64,000 bases of DNA from Candidatus Kapaibacterium sp. (GTDB lineage Bacteria; Bacteroidota; Ignavibacteria; Kapaibacteriales; UBA2268). The notes below the pieces were generated by a model that was not told where the DNA came from, ran no database searches, and worked only from the letters and a program-made list of their open reading frames with translations. Location of the stretch: positions 2,162,231 to 2,226,230 of the forward strand of contig CP058732.1 in the NCBI GenBank assembly GCA_013414795.1, in the 5' to 3' direction. Each line of letters opens with the position of its first letter. Within the stretch, counting starts at the first letter, position 1. The translations under genes and the position numbers were made by a program. Below, piece after piece: positions 8,989 through 18,190 of the stretch.

Positions 8989-10328
8989 GTTTTAATCGGA
9001 CTATGTTAGGATTACGACCCTTGATTTTATTGTATTCTTGTTCACTAAGTATAGTTTTAATCGGACTATGTTAGGATTACGACTTTTTCTAAGTAGTCTC
9101 TAATTAAAAAATAGAGAGTTTTAATCGGACTATGTTAGGATTACGACTATTGTGTTTTTATTTTTTTTCTAAGTAGTCTCTAATTAGTTTTAATCGGACT
9201 ATGTTAGGATTACGACTGAATATTGATTTTCTCTTTTTCTTGAACTGGTTGGGTTTTAATCGGACTATGTTAGGATTACGACTATTTGCCTAAAGGGACA
9301 ACTGAAATCCAAAACGCTGGGTTTTAATCGGACTATGTTAGGATTACGACATTGGATCGATCTGCACAGGCAGGAAAAATTCCTGCCAGTTTTAATCGGA
9401 CTATGTTAGGATTACGACATTTACAAATTTATTTTTTGTTTGACTTTTTTTCAAGTTTTAATCGGACTATGTTAGGATTACGACTCAAACCAACAAAATC
9501 AAACGTTAACACTACAACGTTTTAATCGGACTATGTTAGGATTACGACGTTACAAATAACAAAAACAACTTGAAAAAATTTAAATAGTTTTAATCGGACT
9601 ATGTTAGGATTACGACTTGTTGGTTTGATTGATTTTGTTGGTTCATAATAACAGTTTTAATCGGACTATGTTAGGATTACGACTGAATAGCCGATAATAA
9701 AAAACTAATCACGTCGACGGGGTTTTAATCGGACTATGTTAGGATTACGACTTCAAAAATACAAAGAAAAAAACTCGATTTCAACGTTTTAATCGGACTA
9801 TGTTAGGATTACGACTAATAACACCTATACTTTGTTAAACATATCCCCTGGTTTTAATCGGACTATGTTAGGATTACGACTTACAATTGCTTTTGCTTTA
9901 ATTGGTTGACGGTAGTTTTAATCGGACTATGTTAGGATTACGACTCCCTATTTGCAAGCATTTGTCTTTTTCAATGGTTTTAATCGGACTATGTTAGGAT
10001 TACGACTTATCTAAAAAAGATAATGACATAGCAAAAATTTCAAGTTTTAATCGGACTATGTTAGGATTACGACGATAAAGAAGTGGTTATCAATCTATTA
10101 AAAGAATAGTTTTAATCGGACTATGTTAGGATTACGACGAATGCTTCGTAATTACTTTTCAAATATTTTCCAGTTTTAATCGGACTATTTTAGGATTACG
10201 ACCTTCGTCCACGCCATCCTCTTTTTAAGGCTTGGGTTTTAATCGGACTATTTTAGGTTAATGACAACGTAGGGGTGTAATGCTTTACACCCCTAAACGT
10301 TTTAATAGAATTATGTTAGGATTACGAT
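8989..10328 (+). CRISPR. CRISPR array, 21 repeats (30 bp, GTTTTAATCGGACTATGTTAGGATTACGAC) and 20 spacers of 32-39 nt
   Basis: 18 identical repeats, then increasingly degenerate copies at 10173, 10236 and 10299; leader on the left gives + orientation. Confidence 0.98.
10269..10295 (+). repeat. GTAG-type REP-like palindrome forming spacer 20
   Basis: GTAGGGGTGTAA-TGCT-TTACACCCCTA. Confidence 0.75.
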
Positions 10329-10335
10329 TGTCATT

Positions 10336-10386
10336 GTAGGGGCGAATGATTATTCGCCCCTACCTCGAATGATTATTCGCCCCTAC
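10336..10386 (+). repeat. GTAG-type REP palindrome plus partial tandem copy
   Basis: GTAGGGGCGAATGATTATTCGCCCCTAC (10336-10363), then CGAATGATTATTCGCCCCTAC (10366-10386). Confidence 0.8.
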
Positions 10387-10416
10387 TTTTTGATTGGATT
10401 GTTCTGGTGTTACACA
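10387..10416 (+). CRISPR. Cryptic, highly decayed 22nd repeat
   Basis: TTTTTGATTGGATTGTTCTGGTGTTACACA matches the repeat at 17/30 positions without gaps; 8 of the 13 mismatches are transitions. Confidence 0.55.
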
Positions 10417-10436
10417 GACAGGGATGTCTGTGCTAC
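10413..10436 (-). repeat. Third GTAG-type REP palindrome
   Basis: Minus strand reads GTAG-CACAGACA-TCCC-TGTCTGTG. Confidence 0.75.
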
Positions 10437-10472
10437 TTTTTTGGCTTTCCAGGTGTTTTTAAATGCTTTTTC

Positions 10473-12293
10473 TTAAAATAGTTGGAACTTGTAAAGGATG
10501 AAATTGACAAGGAGATAAAAGATAGAGGCAATTGTTAAGCAAATATTTTCGTGAAACTTTCTTTTGGTGAGGAACAAATAGACAAGAGCAACAAACACAA
10601 AAACAGAAATACTTACAAAGTAATTCATACTGAAAATTTCGATTGGAACCACTTGTCCAATATTATTGTACCAAGTTTGAATTAACGGAAAAATTGGCAA
10701 TGGTATAATCCACCCGACGCTACTTTGGGCAAGAACCCCAAAACCAACCATAAGAAAAGCCCAAAACGAAACTTCCTTTTTCAGAACTAACTTGTAGAAA
10801 GCAAGGGAAAGCATCAGACCCAATGGAATTGTTAACCAATAATTGTTCGGAAATGCAACCATCGGGAATAAACCAATTATGAATCCGAGAAGAAAACACC
10901 TAAAAATGAATTTTTCGTCGTAGTCCCATCCCTTGATTAATCGAAAGAAAAATATTGGAAAACCGACAGAAATCCCACCAAGCACTTGATATACAATCGA
11001 TACTTTTGCAACAGAGTACGGATCCCAAACTAAATTAATATTGACTGTCAACGAAGTCAAAATAATAACATATGCAAGAAGAACAGAAAAATTCCTTGCC
11101 TGAATATTTGCTGTACCAATAATTTTAATAGGATCCCAAAACAAACCAAAAACCAAAAGCAAAAAGGGAAAGCCAGTCAATGAGGCTTTAACTTCCTCTT
11201 GATTTGTAAAATAATAAGAATAGGCAATTTGAACAGAAAATACAATTAATGCAAGAAGTATTTGATTAAATCGATTTTTTAATTCCAAGGTTTCGTACTG
11301 AACAAAGTAATAAAAAGAAAAAAGTGCGACAAAAGAAATAACTGGGGATAGGAAACGCAAGGTTATCAAGAAGGCGTCACGGTAATCTATGAGAAAACTT
11401 GGCAAAGGAAACCTATAGACCCAATTAACTATATCCTCGGGGTATACAAAACTTAAAATAGTAAGCGAAAGCGAAAGTATCAGCACAATTGAAATTTCCG
11501 CTTTAACCTTTATGGTAGTGTTAAGAAAAGACAAAATGCGTTTGCTTACAAAACCAGCAAATCTACCAACTTCGTCCACCAAGTCGCCCGCCAAAATCAA
11601 CCACAGAGGCACTGTAATTACTGTCCACATAGTTTGGGACAAAACTTTTATGTTTTCTTGAAAGTTGGCAAAATTTACTGTGGAAGCATATGCAAAGTTT
11701 AAACCTAAAACGAGAAAAGGAATAATATTTCGTATCTTGAATGGTAATTTGACGAGAGAAATGCCAAGAAGAAGCAAAAAGAATATAATAAATTTTGATG
11801 CAATCTTGATTATTAACATCAAATCTGCTGGAACAAAGGGAAAAGGCGGAAATTGAGCAAGAGAGAGTGAAGTTAGAGCTATCACCCAAAATTTGTTCCT
11901 ACCTTCCTCAAATCGATATGCCAATGGAACTGCAATTAGGACTTGCGTTGCCAAACTAATATATGGATGTACAATTGCAATTGTGGTAGACAAAGCGAAA
12001 AACACCACATACATTAAAATTGCTATTTGAAGCAAAAAGGGTACTTCATGAGTGTAAACCAAAAAGACATTTAAAACGAAAGCGAAGGATAACGAAATCA
12101 ACAAAACGAAATAAAAATTCGACAGAGTTGTTACTTTTATGTCAGTCGGAATAGCAAACAACCATATTACACTAATCAAAGGGATTAGAAGAATTAATAG
12201 CAATGCAATATTTCCGAAAAATTTATCCTCTTTTAGATACTTAAATATTTGCAAACTTTCCAAAAGCCTTTTGAATTTGGAAAGAAAACCCAT
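10473..12293 (-). CDS. Hypothetical polytopic membrane protein (606 aa)
   Basis: Long ORF made almost entirely of hydrophobic segments; no recognised motif. Confidence 0.8.
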   Translation of the reverse strand: MGFLSKFKRLLESLQIFKYLKEDKFFGNIALLLILLIPLISVIWLFAIPTDIKVTTLSNFYFVLLISLSFAFVLNVFLVYTHEVPFLLQIAILMYVVFFALSTTIAIVHPYISLATQVLIAVPLAYRFEEGRNKFWVIALTSLSLAQFPPFPFVPADLMLIIKIASKFIIFFLLLLGISLVKLPFKIRNIIPFLVLGLNFAYASTVNFANFQENIKVLSQTMWTVITVPLWLILAGDLVDEVGRFAGFVSKRILSFLNTTIKVKAEISIVLILSLSLTILSFVYPEDIVNWVYRFPLPSFLIDYRDAFLITLRFLSPVISFVALFSFYYFVQYETLELKNRFNQILLALIVFSVQIAYSYYFTNQEEVKASLTGFPFLLLVFGLFWDPIKIIGTANIQARNFSVLLAYVIILTSLTVNINLVWDPYSVAKVSIVYQVLGGISVGFPIFFFRLIKGWDYDEKFIFRCFLLGFIIGLFPMVAFPNNYWLTIPLGLMLSLAFYKLVLKKEVSFWAFLMVGFGVLAQSSVGWIIPLPIFPLIQTWYNNIGQVVPIEIFSMNYFVSISVFVFVALVYLFLTKRKFHENICLTIASIFYLLVNFILYKFQLF

Positions 12294-12316
12294 AGCCAGA
12301 AATTAAAATTTGTAAA

Positions 12317-12544
12317 TCATTGCCTTTTCAGGAAATTGATTATTAGAAGAATAATCGAAATCACAATGCTTAAAATTATCATAGATGTAATTGGGATAAA
12401 GACTTTAATGTTTGGTCTATCAATTACGATATCGCCTGGGAGCCGACCAAATGGAATCTTTGTTAGATAGGGGAAAAGTAGCCCCAAAATGATTAGTAAA
12501 ATTCCCAAAAAAATCAAAAGAACTCGGACGTTCACTTTTAACAT
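12317..12544 (-). CDS. DUF2905-family small membrane protein
   Basis: GRLPGDI...FIPITSMIILS motif; start moved to ATG 12544 because the longer ORF overlaps the tRNA. Confidence 0.85.
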   Translation of the reverse strand: MLKVNVRVLLIFLGILLIILGLLFPYLTKIPFGRLPGDIVIDRPNIKVFIPITSMIILSIVISIILLIINFLKRQ

Positions 12545-12565
12545 TAAGTCAAACACAAAAGAAAG

Positions 12566-12651
12566 TGCTCGGAGCGGGACTCGAACCCGCACGGGCACGA
12601 ATGCCCACAGGATTTTAAGTCCTGTGCGTCTACCAATTCCGCCATCCGAGC
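12566..12651 (-). tRNA. tRNA-Leu(TAA)
   Basis: GCTCGGA acceptor stem, CAGGA-CTTAAAA-TCCTG anticodon arm, long variable arm, GTTCGA T-loop; CCA not encoded. Confidence 0.96.
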
Positions 12652-12762
12652 AACTACAAATGCAAAATTAATAAAATAAAATGTTTTAAAAAAATTCTTT
12701 TTTTCTTTGAACATAAATTCTTAATTTTGTATTTTTACAAATTAACTTGGTGAAAATTATAT

Positions 12763-13029
12763 ATGGCGCATCATAAGTCGGCATTGAAAAGAATTCGGCA
12801 AAATCGAAAGCGAAGATTGTACAATCGAGCGAACAAACGAATGGCAAAAGAAATTGTCAAAGCAATTCGTCGGGCGACAAGTTTCGAAGAAGCAAACGAG
12901 TTGTTGAAAAAAGCATACAAAATATTCGACCGTATCTCTGCCCGTGGAGTTATTCATAAAAATAACGCTGCGAACAAAAAATCCAAACTTGCTCGCTTAG
13001 TCAACAAGTTGAAAGTTTCACAAGCATAA
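12763..13029 (+). CDS. rpsT: 30S ribosomal protein S20
   Basis: MAHHKSALKRIRQ...IHKNNAANKKSKL. Confidence 0.97.
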   Translation: MAHHKSALKRIRQNRKRRLYNRANKRMAKEIVKAIRRATSFEEANELLKKAYKIFDRISARGVIHKNNAANKKSKLARLVNKLKVSQA

Positions 13030-13038
13030 ATTATTAAT

Positions 13039-13112
13039 GCACCCGTAGCTCAATTGGATAGAGCATCTGACTTCGGATCAGAGGGTTGGGGGTTCGAGTC
13101 CCTCCGGGTGTG
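13039..13112 (+). tRNA. tRNA-Arg(TCG)
   Basis: GCACCCG acceptor stem, TCTGA-CTTCGGA-TCAGA anticodon arm, GTTCGA T-loop; CCA not encoded. Confidence 0.96.
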
Positions 13113-13172
13113 CAAAATCTCCATATTTATTTACTCCCCTTTAAGTAATTTTGTTTTTCTTTTTCTAGTTAT

Positions 13173-14558
13173 ATGGAAAAACTTTATAATTATTCATTTA
13201 TATTGACATACTTTACTCAATTTCTTTTTGGTTGGGCGTTGTTCTTTGTTTTGAACTATGGCGCAACCACCCTCGATTTAAATGTGATTCTTTGCTACAT
13301 CCTTTTGTTTATTTCTTTCTTCTTTTTACGAAAAAAAATAAATATTTCAATCAACTATCCGAATATGATTTTCTTTGCTTTTAACTTCTTAATTCTGTTC
13401 TCAATGATTAAACCCATTCTTAGCGGCGGTCTCGGCGAAATAACCCAAAATATAAAATCCACTTTGCACTACTATTATATTGTCTTCTTTGTCATACTCC
13501 TATACTCTGAATTACTAAAACCATATTCTTTTATAAAAATCATCAAAGGTTTAATTTGGATTCTGTTCATATTTGATTTATATGGAATTTACCAATTGTT
13601 CGCCAGAGCACTGGGCTTGCCTTTTGGCTGGATTGAATATACAAACACTGGGATAATGTCCCGACTCGAAATCGTTGGTACAATCCAACAAACAACGGTA
13701 TCCTTTGGCTCTTTCTATAGAGTAAATTCAATATTTGTCGAGCCAAGTGTTTTGGCAAGTTTTAACATTTTGCTTTTCATTTTTCTCGTAATACCTTGGA
13801 TTCAACAAAGGGAAGGCTTCATCAAAAACAACAAAATCTTACTTCTTCTTGTGAGCGTATGTCTAATAACTCTGTTTCTAACATACTCAATGACTGGTTT
13901 GGGAAGTCTTTCTTTCGTTCTTCTGCTTATCTTTCTAATCGAATACTTCGAATCGTACAAATTTCTTTTTAAAGTCATGCTGATTTCTATTGTGACTATT
14001 GTATTTGCAAATCTCCTGATGATTGAACTTTTCGGAATCGACCTCTTGAAACTATTCACCTATAGAATCGAAAACATTTTCACACTTGGCAGTGACGAAA
14101 TGGGTGGTGAAAGCTTCACCACCAGACTGTCGAACACATTATCTACAATTTCAATCTGGACGCAATATCCATTGTTTGGTGTCGGCTTAGGTTTGCTTGG
14201 TTACCAAAAAGAGTTTGTTGCATTGTTTAGCGATACCACAATTTTCTCAATCCTTGCCGAATGTGGTATCTTCAACTTTATCCTTTTCAATGCTTTGCTA
14301 TACTCTCTGCTTTTCACATCCATTAGGCTTTACAAAATAGTTCGCGAACGGGACAACATCCCCGCCGACGAAAAAAAATTAATCGGAATTGCTCCCTACA
14401 TCGCTCTTTTCGAAACAGTAAGATGTTCTTTGACTGCAAACATTTTAATTTATTTCGTTCTTTGGATGGAACTATCTTTTATCTTTTTTGTAATCAACTA
14501 CTACTCCTCATACCTTGGACACAAAATTTTAACTATTACTTTCAGAAAGAGTTCATAA
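13173..14558 (+). CDS. O-antigen ligase/polymerase-like membrane protein
   Basis: Multiple TM segments; RVNSIFVEPS, LTYSMTG, PLFGVGLG, LAECG motifs. Confidence 0.7.
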   Translation: MEKLYNYSFILTYFTQFLFGWALFFVLNYGATTLDLNVILCYILLFISFFFLRKKINISINYPNMIFFAFNFLILFSMIKPILSGGLGEITQNIKSTLHYYYIVFFVILLYSELLKPYSFIKIIKGLIWILFIFDLYGIYQLFARALGLPFGWIEYTNTGIMSRLEIVGTIQQTTVSFGSFYRVNSIFVEPSVLASFNILLFIFLVIPWIQQREGFIKNNKILLLLVSVCLITLFLTYSMTGLGSLSFVLLLIFLIEYFESYKFLFKVMLISIVTIVFANLLMIELFGIDLLKLFTYRIENIFTLGSDEMGGESFTTRLSNTLSTISIWTQYPLFGVGLGLLGYQKEFVALFSDTTIFSILAECGIFNFILFNALLYSLLFTSIRLYKIVRERDNIPADEKKLIGIAPYIALFETVRCSLTANILIYFVLWMELSFIFFVINYYSSYLGHKILTITFRKSS

Positions 14559-14719
14559 TAGTTTCAACACTTCCTTTTAAACAATCGATTCGGTTCACTT
14601 TTCAAAAAAACTCCTTTTCCAATTGAATCTTTTGTTTACAAATTATATTTTTGAAGGTCTTTGATATAACCCAGTCGTCTATTCTTTGAATAATCACAGT
14701 ATCGTAAAAATTGACAAAT

Positions 14720-14750
14720 AAAAACCCCTTCCAGTAAGTCTGAAAGGGGC
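14720..14750 (-). terminator. Intrinsic terminator after rny
   Basis: CCCCTTTCAG-loop-CTGGAAGGGG followed by a T run on the minus strand. Confidence 0.75.
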
Positions 14751-14769
14751 AAAAATCATTACTTTAGGT

Positions 14770-16332
14770 TTATTTTGCAAAGGCTAAACTTCGTCGTTCG
14801 CGAATTACAGTAACTTTAATTTGACCAGGATACTCCATCTCTTGCTCAATCTTCTTGGCTATTTCGTAGGCAAGTTGGTCAGCTTTAACGTCGTCAATTT
14901 TATCTGGTTCAACAATCACCCGTACTTCGCGACCGGCTTGAATAGCAAATGTTTTTTGCACACCTTCGAAACTTTGAGCAAGTACTTCCAACTTTTCGAG
15001 TCGTTTGACGTAATTTTCAAGGGATTCCCTTCGTGCTCCGGGACGTGCACCACTGATACTATCCGCCGCTTGTACAAGAACTGCATATGGTGTCTCCATC
15101 TCTATGTCTTCGTGGTGGGCTCCAATTGCATTAGCAACGGCTGGGTGCTCTTTATATTTCTTTGCCAGTTCATAACCAATGAGAGCGTGGGGACCTTCTG
15201 TGTTTTGGTCGACGCATTTCCCGATATCGTGAAGCAAGCCGGCTCGTTTGGCAAGCTGTGGGTCGAGCCCAAGTTCAGCAGCCATAATGCCACATAAATA
15301 TGCAACTTCAATGGAATGGTTCAACAGATTTTGCCCATAACTCGAACGATATTTCATTTTCCCGACTAAACGAACCAAATCGGGGTGCATATTGTGTATT
15401 CCAAGTTCGAGCGTGGTTTGTTCGCCAACCTTTAAAATTTCCTCTTCAAGTTCTGCGCGAACTTTTTCTACCACCTCCTCAATTCGGGCTGGATGAATGC
15501 GTCCATCTTGCATCAAGCGTTCGAGAGCAATCTTTGCTACTTCGCGTCGGAACGGATCGAAGCCAGAAATTACCACTGCCTCGGGCGTGTCGTCGATGAT
15601 TAAATCAACACCAGTTGCAGATTCAAACGAACGAATATTCCTTCCCTCTCGGCCGATTATTCTTCCTTTCATTTCGTCCGATTCGAGGGAAACTACTGAA
15701 ACAGTACTTTCAATGCTATGATCCGAAGCAGTTCGCTGTATTGCCTCTAAAATGATTTTCTTTGCTTCGCGTTGAGCATTTTGCTTGGCTTCGTCTCGAA
15801 TTTGCTTGATATATTGTGCAGCCTCGGCTTTGGCGTCGTTAATCATATTTTCCATCAGAATCTTTTTGGCTTCTTCGCTCGTCAAACCGCTTATTTCTTC
15901 CAACTTTTTCAACTGCTGATTTCGTAAGTCTTCAATTTCCGCAAGTTTCTGCTTTATGAAGGCTTCCTTTTGCTTAAGTTCCTGTTCTGTTAATTCGAGT
16001 TGCTTTTCTTTTTTCGAAATAATTTCATTTTTTGCCTCGATGGCTTCTTCGCGTGTCTTTAGCAACTTCTCCTGGGCTTGGATTTTTGTTTTTCTTTGTT
16101 GATATTCGTTCTCGAATTCTTGTTTACGTTTATGCCACTCTTCCTTGACTTCAAGCAATTTCTCTTTTTTTAGATTGTTTGCTTCTTTTTCTGCTTCTTT
16201 TAAAATGTTCGAGGCTTTTTCTTCTGCCTCGCGAATTTTGCTCGACAAGGTCTTTTGAGTTATGTAATAAGCAACTCCAAACCCAAGCAAAAGCCCAACC
16301 AGTGCTCCTACAACAATAATGATTTCGTTCAT
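14770..16332 (-). CDS. rny: Ribonuclease Y
   Basis: N-terminal TM, coiled coil, KH motif [14 protein letters not shown] motif LLHDIGK. Confidence 0.97.
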   Translation of the reverse strand: MNEIIIVVGALVGLLLGFGVAYYITQKTLSSKIREAEEKASNILKEAEKEANNLKKEKLLEVKEEWHKRKQEFENEYQQRKTKIQAQEKLLKTREEAIEAKNEIISKKEKQLELTEQELKQKEAFIKQKLAEIEDLRNQQLKKLEEISGLTSEEAKKILMENMINDAKAEAAQYIKQIRDEAKQNAQREAKKIILEAIQRTASDHSIESTVSVVSLESDEMKGRIIGREGRNIRSFESATGVDLIIDDTPEAVVISGFDPFRREVAKIALERLMQDGRIHPARIEEVVEKVRAELEEEILKVGEQTTLELGIHNMHPDLVRLVGKMKYRSSYGQNLLNHSIEVAYLCGIMAAELGLDPQLAKRAGLLHDIGKCVDQNTEGPHALIGYELAKKYKEHPAVANAIGAHHEDIEMETPYAVLVQAADSISGARPGARRESLENYVKRLEKLEVLAQSFEGVQKTFAIQAGREVRVIVEPDKIDDVKADQLAYEIAKKIEQEMEYPGQIKVTVIRERRSLAFAK

Positions 16333-16418
16333 CTTCCAATCCTAATTAATTACCAACATCAATAACAATGACAATTAATAAAACGATAAAATAGAAAAAT
16401 TTGTATTAAAATAAAAAA

Positions 16419-16635
16419 CCGCATTATCGCCTTGCCCAAACACATACCTGAGTCGGAAAGAACCCAATCCGACACAGTGGGTATCAGCCTGACTATATTT
16501 TGCGTCCACTGGACACCCGCAAGGATGTCACCACCCGAGGGGTGGTCGAGGCCTGCAATTTATAGCCAGAGCCTGATTCCCTTTTTTTCTCACTAACGGT
16601 TCTTTCGCTCATAAGGGGGCAAGGCTCTAATGCGG
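16419..16635 (-). ncRNA. ssrS: 6S RNA
   Basis: GC-rich island between zapA and rny; ends pair (CCGCATTA..GCCTTGCCC with GGGCAAGGC..TAATGCGG); G-U wobble favours the minus strand. Confidence 0.85.
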
Positions 16636-16655
16636 CTTCTAAATTATCAAAGAAC

Positions 16656-16931
16656 TTAACTTATATTATCTATCAAATACAATGTAATTTTCTTGATTTC
16701 ATCAATCAAATACTCTTGTTCAATCTTGCTCTTCATCTCGCAATGTTTCAACTTTTCCGCAATATTCACGGCCGCAAGTGTGTATATTGTTTGCATCGAC
16801 TCCGAGCGATACTTCTCCATTATGCTTTGCAATTGCGAATCCACTTCTTCGACTGCTCGTCGAATTATCTCCTCGTTTTCTCCTTTAAATGTATATTCGC
16901 TTCCTAATATCTTTGCTTTAATTTTTCCCAT
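16656..16931 (-). CDS. zapA: Cell division protein ZapA
   Basis: ILGSEYT...LAAVNIA pattern; zapA-6S-rny order. Confidence 0.88.
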   Translation of the reverse strand: MGKIKAKILGSEYTFKGENEEIIRRAVEEVDSQLQSIMEKYRSESMQTIYTLAAVNIAEKLKHCEMKSKIEQEYLIDEIKKITLYLIDNIS

Positions 16932-17035
16932 TCCCTATTTTGTAAAAAAGCAAAATAAGGAATTTTTATGAATTTATATAATTCATTTTAAATTTTTAGA
17001 AATTTGAAACTGGTAAATGTATTTAAGTGGATTTA

Positions 17036-18070
17036 TTACCAAGTAGAAAGAGCAACGCGCTTCCAACCAGCAGAGGTTTTAATGTAAAGATAATCATCGT
17101 CCCAAGCCACATCGCCCACTTCACCATTTGTATCATCTGTACCAGTTGGTGTGTAACTTGTACGCAGTCTCAGTTGATTATATCCATAAACACCTTGAAG
17201 GTCCAATGTTGAAGTTGGAGTTGCAACATTCGATCCTATAGCTGTTTTACCATTTTTTAGCATAACTAAAGAATTGCTCCGTGACACATAAGAAGACCCA
17301 TTCCCAACAACTAACAACCTATCGTCGCTCTGATAAGTTTCAAAATCTCCCTCGTAACCATCATTAGAATTGTAAAGACCAAGAACAATTTCCGAATATG
17401 AGACAGTTTCCAGAAAACTTCCAACAGCCATTGAATTGTTACCTCTGGTGTAATTTCTTTCTCCACCTAAAATTCCAGATAGATCTCCTTCATAATACCC
17501 AGCATCGTATAAACCAGCAATATTAAATTTTCCTCCACCGATGAAACAATAATTTGCCCATACAGTATTTCCTTTACCAGCCATAATCCCAGAACTACTG
17601 GCATTATTTATTTGGTTCCAGTACCCTGCACCAATTATAGAGCTCAATGAATACTCAATATAATTTTCACCAGGTGGATCTTCATCAGGATCAGTTACTC
17701 CACCACCAACTATAACTGAACTATAAGAATTAACTATACTATTGCTCTCGCTTCCACCAACAATATTAACATAACCGTTTTCCTCGTCTGTAACATAGTA
17801 GAAACTCATTGCATGCGTGTTGTTCACTTTCAAAACAAGTGGTTGGTCATTGGTTGTGCCAAGAAAATTTCCTTCGCTAATGCTATTCCCATTGAGCAAC
17901 CAGGAGTTCCCTCCCCCGCCAATGATATCCCAAACATAAATCCATTGCTGGGTTCCATTCTCGTCTAATGTCAAAACTTTTCCATATGGGCTTTGTTCTT
18001 GTGAAAAAACATTTCCAGCAAGAAACAATAAAATGAATAATGCTAACAGTAGAGTTGATTTTTTAAACAT
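17036..18070 (-). CDS. Secreted fibre/tail-fibre-like protein (344 aa)
   Basis: Signal peptide; WLLNGN..FLGTTNDQPL; short GG-xx-N repeats; C-terminal GDVAWDDDYLYIKTSAGWKRVAL. Confidence 0.65.
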   Translation of the reverse strand: MFKKSTLLLALFILLFLAGNVFSQEQSPYGKVLTLDENGTQQWIYVWDIIGGGGNSWLLNGNSISEGNFLGTTNDQPLVLKVNNTHAMSFYYVTDEENGYVNIVGGSESNSIVNSYSSVIVGGGVTDPDEDPPGENYIEYSLSSIIGAGYWNQINNASSSGIMAGKGNTVWANYCFIGGGKFNIAGLYDAGYYEGDLSGILGGERNYTRGNNSMAVGSFLETVSYSEIVLGLYNSNDGYEGDFETYQSDDRLLVVGNGSSYVSRSNSLVMLKNGKTAIGSNVATPTSTLDLQGVYGYNQLRLRTSYTPTGTDDTNGEVGDVAWDDDYLYIKTSAGWKRVALSTW

Positions 18071-18190
18071 AAAAAGCCTTTAATATAAAATAAAAAAAGA
18101 CAACTTACACAATTCTTTTCACAATTCCAAACTTTTTTTTAAAAAAATTCTAAATTTTACTAAATTTAAAGAGGAAATAAAAATTGACTG

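Noticed and set aside
9351-9388. Spacer 6 contains the hairpin GGCAGGAA-AAA-TTCCTGCC and loosely resembles the third REP
   Set aside because: No GTAG foot, and it reads as plausible coding sequence (LDRSAQAGKIPA); not counted as a REP.
9419-10043. 5-nt end overlaps (TTCAA) among spacers 7, 12 and 16
   Set aside because: Too short to be meaningful in AT-rich spacers.
10437-10470. Possible 23rd decayed repeat after the third REP
   Set aside because: Similarity is limited to T runs and needs gaps.
12566-14760. tRNA-Leu or tRNA-Arg as island integration sites
   Set aside because: No integrase and no duplicated tRNA 3' end seen in the window.
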